Under the pieces are notes generated by a model that saw only the letters and a list, made by a program, of their open reading frames with translations, was not told the DNA's origin and ran no database searches. Positions 1 through 10,358 of a DNA stretch of 64,000 bases are shown piece by piece. The number at the start of each line of letters is the position of its first letter. The stretch's first letter is position 1. Origin of the DNA: an uncultured Spirochaetales bacterium (GTDB lineage Bacteria; Spirochaetota; Spirochaetia; CAYRYS01); the NCBI GenBank assembly GCA_964428555.1, contig CAYRYS010000008.1, forward strand, positions 2,377-66,376, read 5' to 3'. A program made the translations under genes and the position numbers.

Positions 1-3000
1 AGTATTTATTGGGAAGCATTCCCCGGATACCCTTGTCTTTATCAATAACATAGATCCTGCGGAAAAAGTCAGAAAGGCTTGGTTCAATTACTTCCATTCC
101 ATTGGCTTCAAGATAGCTCTCTACATTTCCGTTGGCACGAGGATGATAATTCATCAGAACCTCTCCAAGCACGCCAACCCGCGGCTTCCGTACAGTCCTG
201 TCAACAGGTATTCTGTTAAAGGCATCCACAGCCTCTTGAAATACTTTGCCGGATTTCCGGAAACTTACCTTTATCTTCTCAGAAAGCCTATCCAAATACA
301 GATTAAAAACCGCATCACTTTCCCCGGCATTTACCTCATAAGGCCGGGTCATCCTGACCATTTTTTCCAAACCGTCAATCAGTGCCATTCCCCAGAGCAT
401 ACGGATTTGAAAAAATGTACCAACCTTAAAACCGGGATGCATGTTCTTCTCATCGATTCCGGTGGTAATAATCGGAACATTCGGATACCCTGCTTCATCC
501 AAAGCCTTTCTTGCAAGGGGTACGTAATGCCCTGCCCTGCAGTCCTCACAGTTTTTTGCTATTCCCAGTGTCACATTCTCCGGTTTTACTTTGCCTGACT
601 TTAATACAGCAAGTGCTTCACCGATATTCACCTGCGCAGGGAAACAAATATCGTTGTGCACATATTTCTTTCCAAGCTCAATAGCCCGGTCGTCTGCAAC
701 AGGGAGTGGATAGACTTCGTACCCTTCGCTCTCTATCGCAGCAGTAATAATTTTACAAAACGCTGGAGAAAGGTTTGGAGCAAGGATCTTTCGTACCTTC
801 TTGTCCTTTTTAGTAAATTTAACTTCATATGCTTCTGAAAGTTCATTATCCGATTCCGGCAAACCTCCGCTTTCCCGTTTTGCTCGGATTGTCTCAATAA
901 AGGACTTAACCCGAATATTCATCGGTCCTTGTGCATCCCCTTCATCAAGTTTTATAACAAGCAGCTCCTTGTTGGACTTCGCTCTCAGGAGCCTGGACAT
1001 CTCATCAGAAATAATCGCATCGTGCCCGCACCCAAAAGAAACTATCTGCGCAAGCTCAAGATTCGGATCGCTTCCAACTGCAAGGGCTGCAGACAGCATC
1101 CGTGTATGAAAGGGATTAAATGCTTCCATTCTTGCATTCTTCAGGTTCTGTTTATGAAGATCCGGAAGGGAGTACAAGGTCAGTACAGGAATGCCCATCT
1201 TTACAAAATGACGTGCAAGATTGTGGTTCACCAGTTCATCGGAATGGTACGGTCTTCCTGAAAGCACAACCGCAAACTTATCTGTTCCCCGGAGGGATTC
1301 TAATATCTTTTTCCCTTCACTCATTAGTTCATCGTGAAAAGACTTTCCAGCCTTTTCCCCTTCTATCATTGCTTTCCTGGCTTCCCGTACTGATACATGG
1401 TAGGTGTTAACCAGAAATTCAACAACCTGCTTTCGTTTCAAGCGCTTGTTATACCAATGGAATATGGGATGATCAAAGGCAATACCATGGCGTCTTGTAG
1501 GTTCATCGCTTTTGTCAATTATCATTGGATACCCCTGGATAATCGCGCACATAAAGGTTGCATTAGTATTCGGGTTTTCCTTTGGAATCCTGATAAGCAT
1601 TGGCATGAAGATCCTGTCCACTCCTTTGCTGACCAGGTCCTTTACATGACCGTGCGCAAGTTTTGCAGGGAAGCACACTGTATCAGAAGGCACGTTTTGG
1701 ATCCCGCTTTCAAAAAGATCATAGGTACTTTTTTTCGAAACAACAACTTTGAATCCGAGGCTCGTGAATATAGCCTTCCAGTACGGCATGCTTTCAAAAA
1801 ACTCAAGCGTCCGCGGCAAGCCGATGGTAATATCTTTTTTTCTGGAAACGATCTTTGTTCCAAAGTCCTTTGTCAAAAGGCTGTTATGCTTTTTCACCAT
1901 ATCCGGAACCTGGTTCATTTTCTTCGTAGTATCACTCAGTTTCCTCTTTGTTTCAGGATCGTCCAAATCTCCGATTATTTCACCGCGTTCACAGCGGTTT
2001 CCTGTAACATACCTTGTACCGTCTGAAAAAGTAATGAGTGTTCTGTTACAATTATTGGAACAGAACTGGCATACGTGACCCGGAGATTTTTGATAATCGA
2101 ACTGCTCCATGTCATGGAGTCCGATAAATGTACTTGTATACCGTACTTCTGCTTCCTTCTCTTCAATTTGCTTTTTTGTTAAAAGGGCAATTCCGATTGC
2201 TCCCATCTCTCCGGGATTATCCGGCCGCTTGACCTTTTTACCAATATACTGCTCAAAAGCCCTGAGTACTGCATCGTTTTTAAAAGTACCACCTTGCACA
2301 ACCACGTGGTCCCCAAGTGACTCAATGTTCGCAATCCGCACTACCTTGGTAAAAACATTCTCGATAACAGACCTGCACAACCCTGCCATTATGTCTTCTG
2401 TGGTCTTTCCGTTTTTCTGCTCAGTAATTATCGAAGAATTCATAAAAACAGTACATCTGGAACCAAGACGAGAGGGATTCTTTGCCTTAAAGCCAAGGCT
2501 TGCGATCCTATTTACCGGAATATTTAAAGACCGGGCATAGGTTTCAATAAAAGAACCGCACCCTGCTGAACATGCTTCATTCAATACAATTCCTGTTACA
2601 ATACCGCTTTTCAGGTTGATTGCCTTCATGTCCTGACCGCCAATATCCAGAATAAAACTTACATCCGGATCAACCTGCTTCGCAGCTTCTGCATGGGCAA
2701 CAGTCTCTACTGTGTGATAATCTGCTTTTAATGCCTTTGAAAAGAGTACTTCCCCGTATCCTGTAGTACCGACACCGCGGATATCCAGGGATATTCCCCT
2801 TTCTCTGTAATAGTCACGCATTGCAATTAGAGAATATTTAATCACCCGCAACGGGTCGCCGTTATTATTGGAATAATACTTGTAGATAAGGTTTTCATGC
2901 TCATCTAAGAGCACAAACTTTGTGGTTGTTGATCCTGCATCAATTCCGAGGTATACAGGCAAAACTGTACCTGAAGGATATTCAGGAAAAATAAAATCCA

Positions 3001-3964
3001 TAGTTCTGTGACGTTGAAAAAATTCTTCCTGTTCTTCTTGATCTGCAAAAAAGAATCTGTCAGAAGTTTGAAACAGCTTTCTTCTCTCCTGAGTATATTT
3101 CTTTAATGCAGACTCAGCCTTTTTCCACGAATACCCTGAATCGGATTCTGCAAACATTACACCAATAGATAAAGCAGTTCCATAGGCAACCAATACTTCA
3201 GGGTGATCAGGGATTATGATCTGATCATCTGATAGCATGAGCCTCTCTTTAAATACGCGGATAAGGGTCGGATTAAAGGTGAGCGGACCGCCTTCGAAAA
3301 TAACAGGAGGATTAATGTCCATACCCTGAGCAAGGCCTCCGATTGTCTGCTTTGCAATTGCATGAAAAGAAGAAAGTGCAATGTCCTCTTTTGACACACC
3401 TTGGTTTAACAGGGGCTGTATATCAGTTTTTGCAAACACACCGCAGCGGCCTGAAATATCATAAACAGAGGTACCCTTTGCAGCAAGACCTTCAAATTCC
3501 TCTGTTTTCACATCAAGCAGCTCAGCGATCTGATCAATAAAAGCACCAGTCCCTCCGGCGCAGCTTCCGTTCATTCGCATATCAGAAGCAACCAATTGGC
3601 GAGTCTCCTCATCAAACCTGAAGAATATAACTTTTGCATCCTGTCCGCCAAGCTCAATTGCTACCCTGGAATCGGGATAGAAGCTTTTTATTGCAATTGA
3701 GTTTGCAACTACCTCTTGTATAAAAAAGGCGCCGGTCGCTTCAGCAAAAGGCTGCCCACCGCTTCCGCATACAGCTACTTTAAAATCAGCTTCCGGAAAC
3801 TGCTGATGTGCGTCCTTTATTAATTCATATACAGTAGCTGCCTGTTCAGCATTATGTCTTTTATACTCAGAAGCAAGAAGCTCCTTTGTATACGGATCCA
3901 CAACAGTAGTCTTTACTGTTGTGGATCCAACATCTACACCGACCCAGAGTAATTGCTTATTCAT
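1..3964 (-). CDS. CoA-substrate-specific enzyme activase-like fusion protein (YjiL/YjiM type): tandem BadF/BadG/BcrA/BcrD (HgdC-like) ATPase domains, a Cys-rich linker and a DUF2229/HgdB-like C-terminal region. C-terminus lies beyond the window start (partial).
   Basis: Hand-translated minus strand from the ATG at 3964..3962 (MNKQLLWVGVDVGSTTVKTT...) with no in-frame stop down to position 1 (more than 1320 codons). Domain 1 carries GGQDAK and NGSCAGGTGAF. Domain 2 restarts at about aa 336 (VYLGIDAGSTTTKF, GGQDMKAI, NEACSAGCGSF). A CQFCSNNC...C...C motif follows, then a long C-terminal region. It is absent from the ORF track because the frame has no stop inside the window. Confidence 0.8.
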   Translation of the reverse strand, partial: MNKQLLWVGVDVGSTTVKTTVVDPYTKELLASEYKRHNAEQAATVYELIKDAHQQFPEADFKVAVCGSGGQPFAEATGAFFIQEVVANSIAIKSFYPDSRVAIELGGQDAKVIFFRFDEETRQLVASDMRMNGSCAGGTGAFIDQIAELLDVKTEEFEGLAAKGTSVYDISGRCGVFAKTDIQPLLNQGVSKEDIALSSFHAIAKQTIGGLAQGMDINPPVIFEGGPLTFNPTLIRVFKERLMLSDDQIIIPDHPEVLVAYGTALSIGVMFAESDSGYSWKKAESALKKYTQERRKLFQTSDRFFFADQEEQEEFFQRHRTMDFIFPEYPSGTVLPVYLGIDAGSTTTKFVLLDEHENLIYKYYSNNNGDPLRVIKYSLIAMRDYYRERGISLDIRGVGTTGYGEVLFSKALKADYHTVETVAHAEAAKQVDPDVSFILDIGGQDMKAINLKSGIVTGIVLNEACSAGCGSFIETYARSLNIPVNRIASLGFKAKNPSRLGSRCTVFMNSSIITEQKNGKTTEDIMAGLCRSVIENVFTKVVRIANIESLGDHVVVQGGTFKNDAVLRAFEQYIGKKVKRPDNPGEMGAIGIALLTKKQIEEKEAEVRYTSTFIGLHDMEQFDYQKSPGHVCQFCSNNCNRTLITFSDGTRYVTGNRCERGEIIGDLDDPETKRKLSDTTKKMNQVPDMVKKHNSLLTKDFGTKIVSRKKDITIGLPRTLEFFESMPYWKAIFTSLGFKVVVSKKSTYDLFESGIQNVPSDTVCFPAKLAHGHVKDLVSKGVDRIFMPMLIRIPKENPNTNATFMCAIIQGYPMIIDKSDEPTRRHGIAFDHPIFHWYNKRLKRKQVVEFLVNTYHVSVREARKAMIEGEKAGKSFHDELMSEGKKILESLRGTDKFAVVLSGRPYHSDELVNHNLARHFVKMGIPVLTLYSLPDLHKQNLKNARMEAFNPFHTRMLSAALAVGSDPNLELAQIVSFGCGHDAIISDEMSRLLRAKSNKELLVIKLDEGDAQGPMNIRVKSFIETIRAKRESGGLPESDNELSEAYEVKFTKKDKKVRKILAPNLSPAFCKIITAAIESEGYEVYPLPVADDRAIELGKKYVHNDICFPAQVNIGEALAVLKSGKVKPENVTLGIAKNCEDCRAGHYVPLARKALDEAGYPNVPIITTGIDEKNMHPGFKVGTFFQIRMLWGMALIDGLEKMVRMTRPYEVNAGESDAVFNLYLDRLSEKIKVSFRKSGKVFQEAVDAFNRIPVDRTVRKPRVGVLGEVLMNYHPRANGNVESYLEANGMEVIEPSLSDFFRRIYVIDKDKGIRGMLPNKY

Positions 3965-4446
3965 ATGCGCTAATCCTTTTTTGTGAATACGGTATCCATT
4001 ATCTTGTAACAGAACAATTCAAATTTTGTCCATTTTGGTAACAATAAATCGTAAACGTTCTCTGTACACAGAATCTGGGTAAACAGTAGGTTCTGAAAAA
4101 CATCCTGTAAACCGCAGTAATACCCCGGCAAGATTTACATTGCCGAAACACGAAGCTCATAGTTTTTAATATATGTATTTTGATGAGCCCTATTTTTCCT
4201 TTACCAATAGGTTTTACAACCCTGGTAACTATAATTTTCAAAAATCAGGGATACCCGGTATTTTGGTTAAACTTATAAAATTTTACACAAAAAATAGGGA
4301 AAAGACAAGAACAATGCAAAGGGAATTTAAAGTTATTAAGAAGTTTTCTCAATAGGATAACTGTATCCCGCTGTGAGCAAAGCCCAAATTATGATTCCTT
4401 TATTGAAAACCCCCTGGGTGTATGTTATTATACAGTTCTAAAGGAA

Positions 4447-5649
4447 ATGAACCATTATGCCCGTAAGGAGACATCTTTGGAGAACAAAAAGAAACGAAAT
4501 TTTGCAAGGTCCGGTATACGGCTTTTTAAACTTGGACGAAATATTTTAAATACAGTTTTTGATGACTATTTCCTCAACAGATTTGAAAATACGCAAATTC
4601 ATAATGATCTTGGAGCAAGTTTTACAAACCTAAAACGGGTAAAGAACAGAATTCGAAAAGAAGCCCATGACAGGGGAGAAGCAAAGCTTATTGATGAAAT
4701 CAACTGGTATCTTCAGTTTCAAAACACCCCCCTAAAAAAGCATATTCCAAAGGTGTATGACTATTCAATAGAAAAGGGCAATGTCTTTTATGAAATGAAG
4801 TACTATAATTACGCCAATCTAAGAAAAGTAATTATCAACGATATGAATGCACAATTCTTTCTGAACATCCGCTGGAGAAAGCTGATTAGTATAATGCTTA
4901 ACCACTTTTACCAGGAAAAGAACTCTATCCCTGCGCCTGAAGATTTTTTGGAAAATGCGCATTTGAAAAAACTCAGGACAAGAACTGCAGAAACAGAGAA
5001 ATACGCTCCATTCCTGGTTCCGATATTACAGGAGAAAACAATTCTCATAAACGGTAGATTTTATCTAAACCCTGAGTTAATTATAAACGAGGTACAAAAG
5101 GACACAGGTATTCAGAAAAAGCTCATTCCCAGGCGGCTGTATTTATCCCATGGCGATATTCACTGCAACAACATACTCTGCGGTATCTCTGCAAAAAAAC
5201 TCATACTCCTTGATCCGAGAGGAAAAAGCCCTGACAACAGTTCCTATTTCGATGTAGCTTACGATGTCGCAAAGCTGTATCATGACCTTAGAAGCTATTA
5301 TTCACTCATAGAAAAACACATGTTCAGTATTTTTCTTCTTGAATCTGAGCGCGGAGTTGCAATTGAATATGAGTTTACCAGCAACCGGCTTATGGAAAAA
5401 TTCAAAGAAAATTTTCAATTCGTACGGCGGCTTATTGAAAGTCAGTTTACCGACTTCGGTAATGTTTCCTATAGAGCGGATTTTACCGAAGCCCTTCTCT
5501 ATCTTACCATGGTCCCTCTTCATCTGAAATCAAAGGCAGAGGGACTGATGTGCCTGACAACCGGAATACTCAGGTTAAACGAATGGTTCGAAGCAAACCA
5601 TAAGGAATTGTACGATGCGCTTATAGCAAAGAATGCCCCAAAGAAGTAA
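4447..5649 (+). CDS. APH/choline-kinase-fold phosphotransferase family protein (LicA-like small-molecule kinase) with a basic N-terminal extension
   Basis: Brenner-type motif HGDIHCNNIL followed by LILLDPRG (a DFG-like Asp). 400 aa. AAGGAA ribosome-binding site at 4440..4445. Confidence 0.55.
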   Translation: MNHYARKETSLENKKKRNFARSGIRLFKLGRNILNTVFDDYFLNRFENTQIHNDLGASFTNLKRVKNRIRKEAHDRGEAKLIDEINWYLQFQNTPLKKHIPKVYDYSIEKGNVFYEMKYYNYANLRKVIINDMNAQFFLNIRWRKLISIMLNHFYQEKNSIPAPEDFLENAHLKKLRTRTAETEKYAPFLVPILQEKTILINGRFYLNPELIINEVQKDTGIQKKLIPRRLYLSHGDIHCNNILCGISAKKLILLDPRGKSPDNSSYFDVAYDVAKLYHDLRSYYSLIEKHMFSIFLLESERGVAIEYEFTSNRLMEKFKENFQFVRRLIESQFTDFGNVSYRADFTEALLYLTMVPLHLKSKAEGLMCLTTGILRLNEWFEANHKELYDALIAKNAPKK

Positions 5650-5675
5650 CAACATATAATAAGCGAGGTATGAAA

Positions 5676-6410
5676 ATGAAAGCAGTAATTTTAGCAGCAG
5701 GGAAAGGAACTCGGCTTGCTCCATACTCAGACATAATTCCCAAACCCCTCATGCCCATAGAAAAAGACAATGAAGGACGTTTTGGGACAATTATCTCAAG
5801 ACTTGCGCAGCAAATACGAACAGCAGGTATTACCGAAGCAGTAATTGCAGTAAACTATAAAGCAGGTATGATACTAGAACACATGGGCGACGGAAGCAGA
5901 TTTGGGCTGAAAATATCCTATGTATTCCAGGAAGAATTGGACGGGAATGCAGGTGCGTATTACAGGGCTCAACACCTAGTGGAAAATGAAGCAGTGCTTA
6001 TAACAGACTGTGATAATTTTTTTGATGACACTGTCATACCCTTAATAGTAAAACATCACTATGAAAAGAAACCAGCCCTCACTGTAGGGACTTGTCCAGT
6101 TGAAAATGTTAAAAAATTCGCAATTATTAAAACCGATAAATCAGGAAAGGCAGTAGATATTTACGAAAAACCCAAGAGTGCAGAGCAATGGGGAAATACT
6201 GCAAAAAGCGGCCTCATGGTGCTTTCTCCTAAAATAGCAGCCATGGACAGGGCTATCGCACAAACAGGGTCAGGCGAGTATACAACCACAGAAATAATCT
6301 CTCACTGCATCCGGAGTAATGAAGAGATTCAGCTCTTTAATATCCAAGGGGGATTTCACGATATCGGTACATGGCCTGAGTATATCCCGCTATTTAAGTC
6401 AATGCTATAA
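5676..6410 (+). CDS. Nucleotidyltransferase (LicC-like / sugar-phosphate nucleotidyltransferase family)
   Basis: N-terminal MKAVILAAGKGTRL (G-x-G-T-R NTP-transferase signature). GAGG ribosome-binding site at 5665..5668 favours the second ATG at 5676; the ORF track starts at 5670. Confidence 0.7.
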   Translation: MKAVILAAGKGTRLAPYSDIIPKPLMPIEKDNEGRFGTIISRLAQQIRTAGITEAVIAVNYKAGMILEHMGDGSRFGLKISYVFQEELDGNAGAYYRAQHLVENEAVLITDCDNFFDDTVIPLIVKHHYEKKPALTVGTCPVENVKKFAIIKTDKSGKAVDIYEKPKSAEQWGNTAKSGLMVLSPKIAAMDRAIAQTGSGEYTTTEIISHCIRSNEEIQLFNIQGGFHDIGTWPEYIPLFKSML

Positions 6411-6431
6411 GACAGCAGAGACTGTTAAGAA

Positions 6432-8441
6432 TCATTCATTTATTTTCTCGATTGTCAGTACATGGGGAATAGTACGGATACTCTTTACTACTTTCTTAAA
6501 GTCTTCTTTTTTATCCAGCTCCATAGTGAAAAAACCGATCAATCTACCTTGTTCATTTTCCTCAAGTTTATATTCGATAAGATGACCATGGTATTTCCGT
6601 ACCGAACCCTCTATTTCAGAGAACAAGTTCGATGTCTGACGGGCTGTTACCCTGAACCTGCGGGTGGCTTTGGGAGATACAGTTTCCCATTCAACCTCCA
6701 TTCTCCGCTGGGTAAAGTCCTTGATATATTTTAGGTTTGGACAGTCCCGCCTGTGTACGATAATACCCCGGCCTCTTGAAATGTACCCAATAATATCATC
6801 ACCAACAGCAGGCTCACAGCATTTTGCAAAGCGGATCATCATATTCCGCTCATTCCCGATCTTTATGCCTACCTTCTTTTTATCAAGATACTTATTCGGA
6901 ACTTCTTCCTGGGGCTTTTTTTCCGGCTTTTTGTGGTTCTCTTCGTGGTGATCATGTTTGCTTGCAGCCTGCTTTTTTGCAACAATGTTTCTGTCAATAA
7001 TAAGGTTCTCGTCATGTTTGTTCAGCCAATTCCTTACTTTTGACCGTGCCCTGGAGGTTTTTACATAGCGCAGCCAGTTCACATGAGGATGTGCCTGGGG
7101 GCTGGTGATAATCTCTACTACTTGTGTGTTATTAAGCTCGCTCCGCAGAGGAACAATTGCACCGTCAGCTTTTGCAATTAAACAGTGGTCCCCAATTTCA
7201 GTGTGAATATGGTAGGCAAAATCGATAGGTGTAGCACCTTTTGGAAGTTCCACAACTTGGCCACGTGGAGTAAATACATAAATAGAGTCTTTTAGAAGTT
7301 CCCGCTTTATTTCCTCTAAAAACTGGGAAGAAGTAATTTTCACCCCGTCCCAATTTTTTAGCTTATTTACAATATGAAGGTCTTCAACTTTAAGGTTTTC
7401 CTTATTAAAGCCCTTTTTATACAGCCAGTGTGCAGCAATACCGTATTCTGCTGTTTTGTTCATTTCGTGGGTACGAATTTGGATCTCAAGCCGCTTTCCA
7501 TCATAGCACATAACAGTAGTATGAAGGCTCATATACCCGTTTGCCTTGGGCATTGCAATGTAATCCTTGAACCTGCCGGAAATGGGTATCCAGAGCTGGT
7601 GGATTAGTCCAAGGAGGGTGTAGCACTCCCCTTGGGTATTACAGAGTATCCGTATTCCCAGAAGGTCATAGATCTCATCCAGCTGTTTTCCCCTTCTGCG
7701 CATTTTTGCATACACAGAATAGAAGTGCTTCATCCTGGTTTTCACCTGGACCTGAATCCCTTCCTTCCCTGCTGCACGGTAGATATCTTCTTTAACTCGC
7801 TTTAGATACTCTTCTCTTGCGCTCCGCTTTTCGGAGATGAACTGTTTCACCTGCTGGTACACATCAAAATGAAGGTGCTTTAATGAAAGGTCTTCCAATT
7901 CCGCTTTTAACCAGCTAATTCCGAGCCTGCCTGCAAGAGGGGCATAGACATCCAGACACTCCTGAGCAATTGCGCGCCTTCTGTGCTCAGACAGATGCTC
8001 TAATGTACGCATATTATGGAGTTTGTCAGCCAGTTTAATAAGAATAACTCGGATGTCCTTTATCATAGCAAAGAGCATCTTTCGAATTGTCTCTGACTCC
8101 TGAACTGTTTTATTTTTTGCCTTCAGTATTGATATTTTCGTTACACCGTTAACAAGTTTTTCAACATCTTTTCCGAACCGGGCCCGCATTTGCTGTCTAG
8201 AGATTTCAGTGTCCTCGAGTATATCATGGAGCAGCGCTGCAATGATTGTATCAGGATCCATCCGCAAACTAATGAGTATCTCTGCAACAGCAATAGGATG
8301 GATAAAATAAGGCTCTCCACTCCTGCGTTTCTGGTCTTTATGCTGATCCATAGCCCAGTATGCAGCATCAAGGATCCTGTCTTTTGCTTCCTGAGAATAA
8401 TTATTCAGTTTTTCAGCAAAGGTTGCTACCCGTTCCTTCAT
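6432..8441 (-). CDS. rel: Bifunctional (p)ppGpp synthetase/hydrolase (Rel/SpoT)
   Basis: HD hydrolase motif HDILEDT, RelA/SpoT synthetase region (YMSLHTTV..., EIQIRT), TGS domain, CC-containing zinc-finger domain and C-terminal ACT domain. 669 aa. Confidence 0.9.
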   Translation of the reverse strand: MKERVATFAEKLNNYSQEAKDRILDAAYWAMDQHKDQKRRSGEPYFIHPIAVAEILISLRMDPDTIIAALLHDILEDTEISRQQMRARFGKDVEKLVNGVTKISILKAKNKTVQESETIRKMLFAMIKDIRVILIKLADKLHNMRTLEHLSEHRRRAIAQECLDVYAPLAGRLGISWLKAELEDLSLKHLHFDVYQQVKQFISEKRSAREEYLKRVKEDIYRAAGKEGIQVQVKTRMKHFYSVYAKMRRRGKQLDEIYDLLGIRILCNTQGECYTLLGLIHQLWIPISGRFKDYIAMPKANGYMSLHTTVMCYDGKRLEIQIRTHEMNKTAEYGIAAHWLYKKGFNKENLKVEDLHIVNKLKNWDGVKITSSQFLEEIKRELLKDSIYVFTPRGQVVELPKGATPIDFAYHIHTEIGDHCLIAKADGAIVPLRSELNNTQVVEIITSPQAHPHVNWLRYVKTSRARSKVRNWLNKHDENLIIDRNIVAKKQAASKHDHHEENHKKPEKKPQEEVPNKYLDKKKVGIKIGNERNMMIRFAKCCEPAVGDDIIGYISRGRGIIVHRRDCPNLKYIKDFTQRRMEVEWETVSPKATRRFRVTARQTSNLFSEIEGSVRKYHGHLIEYKLEENEQGRLIGFFTMELDKKEDFKKVVKSIRTIPHVLTIEKINE

Positions 8442-9283
8442 ACCTTTCTCTTTTTCCCGATTATTACCCTTTGACGCCCTGCAAGGTCGCGATGAATGGA
8501 AACATCGGAAAAACCTGCTTCCTCCATAATTTGCCTAATCTCGTTCATCTGCCAATATGCAGCTTCTAGTAAAACATAGCCGTTCATAAACAAATATTCC
8601 AGACTTCGCGGAATTAATTCACGAATAATTTCCAGCCCGTCCTCTCCTGCTGCAAGGGCATTCTTTGGTTCAGGCCATTTTTCCTTTTCCATAAGCGCGT
8701 ATTCATCATCACTTAAATACGGGGGATTCGCAGTAATAAGATCAAACTTACCATCAATCTTGTCAAATAAATCAGATTCAACAGCTTTCATTTCATACCC
8801 AAGTATCTCGCTTGAGTTTTTTTTGAAAACTTCCAGGCTAAAGCTTGAAATATCGGATGCATGTACTGTTATATGCGGAAAAAGATGCTGGAGAGTGATT
8901 GCTACACACCCTGAACCGGTGCAAACATCCAATACCCGTAGTGCATCCGGGGTCTGCCGGATAATCTGTGCAGCTGCATCTACCAGTGTCTCGGTATCCG
9001 GTCTCGGGACAAGGACCCTTTTGTCAACCCGGAACTCAAGGCCATAAAATTCTTTAAATCCCCGGATGTAGGAAACAGGCAAACCGGAGAGCCGTTTTTC
9101 TATGAAATTCTCAAAAAGAAGCATGGTGCCCTTTTCTAGATTTTCTGGATAAGATGCTAAAAGCCGTGCTTTATTCCATCCGGCAGCATGAGCAAGAAGC
9201 ACAGTAGCATCCAGGCGCGGAGTTTCTATTCCTGCAGCTGCAAGTGCATGGTGGGCCCGTTCTAGGGCCTCGCGTACTGTCAT
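8438..9283 (-). CDS. prmC: Release factor glutamine N5-methyltransferase PrmC (HemK)
   Basis: SAM motif [11 protein letters not shown] and NPPY substrate motif (ITANPPYL). Start overlaps the rel start by 4 nt and the prfA stop by 4 nt. Confidence 0.85.
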   Translation of the reverse strand: MTVREALERAHHALAAAGIETPRLDATVLLAHAAGWNKARLLASYPENLEKGTMLLFENFIEKRLSGLPVSYIRGFKEFYGLEFRVDKRVLVPRPDTETLVDAAAQIIRQTPDALRVLDVCTGSGCVAITLQHLFPHITVHASDISSFSLEVFKKNSSEILGYEMKAVESDLFDKIDGKFDLITANPPYLSDDEYALMEKEKWPEPKNALAAGEDGLEIIRELIPRSLEYLFMNGYVLLEAAYWQMNEIRQIMEEAGFSDVSIHRDLAGRQRVIIGKKRKV

Positions 9284-10353
9284 ACCTGCTGATTCTGGAG
9301 GATTTCTTCCCTTACATGGAGCTTTAGTGCATCAACTACCTCTTCCAGATCACCTTGAAGAATAGAATCGAGTTTGTATATCGTAAGATTAATCCTATGA
9401 TCAGTTAGCCTGTTTTGGGGATAGTTATAGGTCCGGATACGTTCAGACCTATCCCCTGAACCGACCTGGCTCTTTCGTGCTTCCGCCCGCTCGGCCTGTT
9501 TTTTTGACTCTTCCATTTCATACAGTCTGGCCCGGAGCACACGGAGGGCTTTTGCACGGTTTTTATGCTGGGATTTTTCATCCTGACAGGTTACCACTAG
9601 GCCTGTGGGAAGATGAGTGATACGCACAGCAGAATCAGTGGTATTAACGCTCTGGCCGCCCGGCCCTGATGAGCGGTATACATCTATCTTTAATTCCTCA
9701 TTTTTCACTTCAATATCTGTTTCTTCAGCTTCTGGAAGTACAGCAACAGTAACTGCTGAAGTATGTATCCTGCCCCCTGACTCAGTAGCAGGAACACGCT
9801 GTACTCTGTGAACCCCGCTTTCATACCGCATATTTTCATATACATTTTTCCCGGACACAGAGAATACTATCTCCTTAAAACCGCCGATTTCAGTAGAGTT
9901 TTCTTCCATAATCTCTATTTTCCAGCCCTTTGATTCGGAGTAGTGTGAATACATTCTGTAGAGGTCAGAAGCAAAAAGCGCTGCTTCATCACCGCCTGTA
10001 CCTGCACGAATTTCCATAATGATATTCTTTAAATCCAGCGGATCTTTGGGTACAAGAAGAAGCTTTATCTTCTTCTCTAGGGGGCCCTTTTTCTCCCGAA
10101 GTTCCTCAAGCTCTGTTTGAGCCATTTCCTTCAGCTCAGGATCTGACTCCTCTTCTATGAGGTACTCATTGTCTTCTATCTGCTTGAGAAGCTCCTTGTA
10201 TTCAAGGTACGCTTCATTCACTTCCTGGAGATGTGAAAACTCCTGCATCAGATCTTTATAACGCTTTCTATCGTTAATTACATCCGGGTCTCCAAGGTAT
10301 GTTTGCACCTCTTTATATCTGTGAGCAAGTGCTTCGAGTTTTTTTAGCAGCAT
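9280..10353 (-). CDS. prfA: Peptide chain release factor 1
   Basis: GGQ motif ([23 protein letters not shown]) and PxT-type RF1 architecture. 357 aa. Confidence 0.95.
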   Translation of the reverse strand: MLLKKLEALAHRYKEVQTYLGDPDVINDRKRYKDLMQEFSHLQEVNEAYLEYKELLKQIEDNEYLIEEESDPELKEMAQTELEELREKKGPLEKKIKLLLVPKDPLDLKNIIMEIRAGTGGDEAALFASDLYRMYSHYSESKGWKIEIMEENSTEIGGFKEIVFSVSGKNVYENMRYESGVHRVQRVPATESGGRIHTSAVTVAVLPEAEETDIEVKNEELKIDVYRSSGPGGQSVNTTDSAVRITHLPTGLVVTCQDEKSQHKNRAKALRVLRARLYEMEESKKQAERAEARKSQVGSGDRSERIRTYNYPQNRLTDHRINLTIYKLDSILQGDLEEVVDALKLHVREEILQNQQV

Positions 10354-10358
10354 TCGTA

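Noticed and set aside
143-2540. Seven plus-strand ORFs from the track (143..598, 801..1109, 929..1261, 1120..1410, 1397..2026, 1749..2078, 2109..2540)
   Set aside because: They are antisense to the single 1320+ codon minus-strand gene that I translated by hand. They have no ribosome-binding sites and low-complexity composition. They are shadow ORFs.
3301-3420. Apparent frameshift in the large minus-strand gene, creating a stop at about 3311
   Set aside because: This was caused by my own mis-transcription of two sequence lines. On re-reading, the frame is continuous (…SSFHAIAKQTIGGLAQGMDINPPVIFEGG…), so there is no pseudogene.
5302-5527. Small ORFs nested inside the kinase gene on both strands (5302..5523 minus, 5339..5527 plus)
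   Set aside because: They lie within a well-supported coding region in other frames and are typical shadow ORFs.
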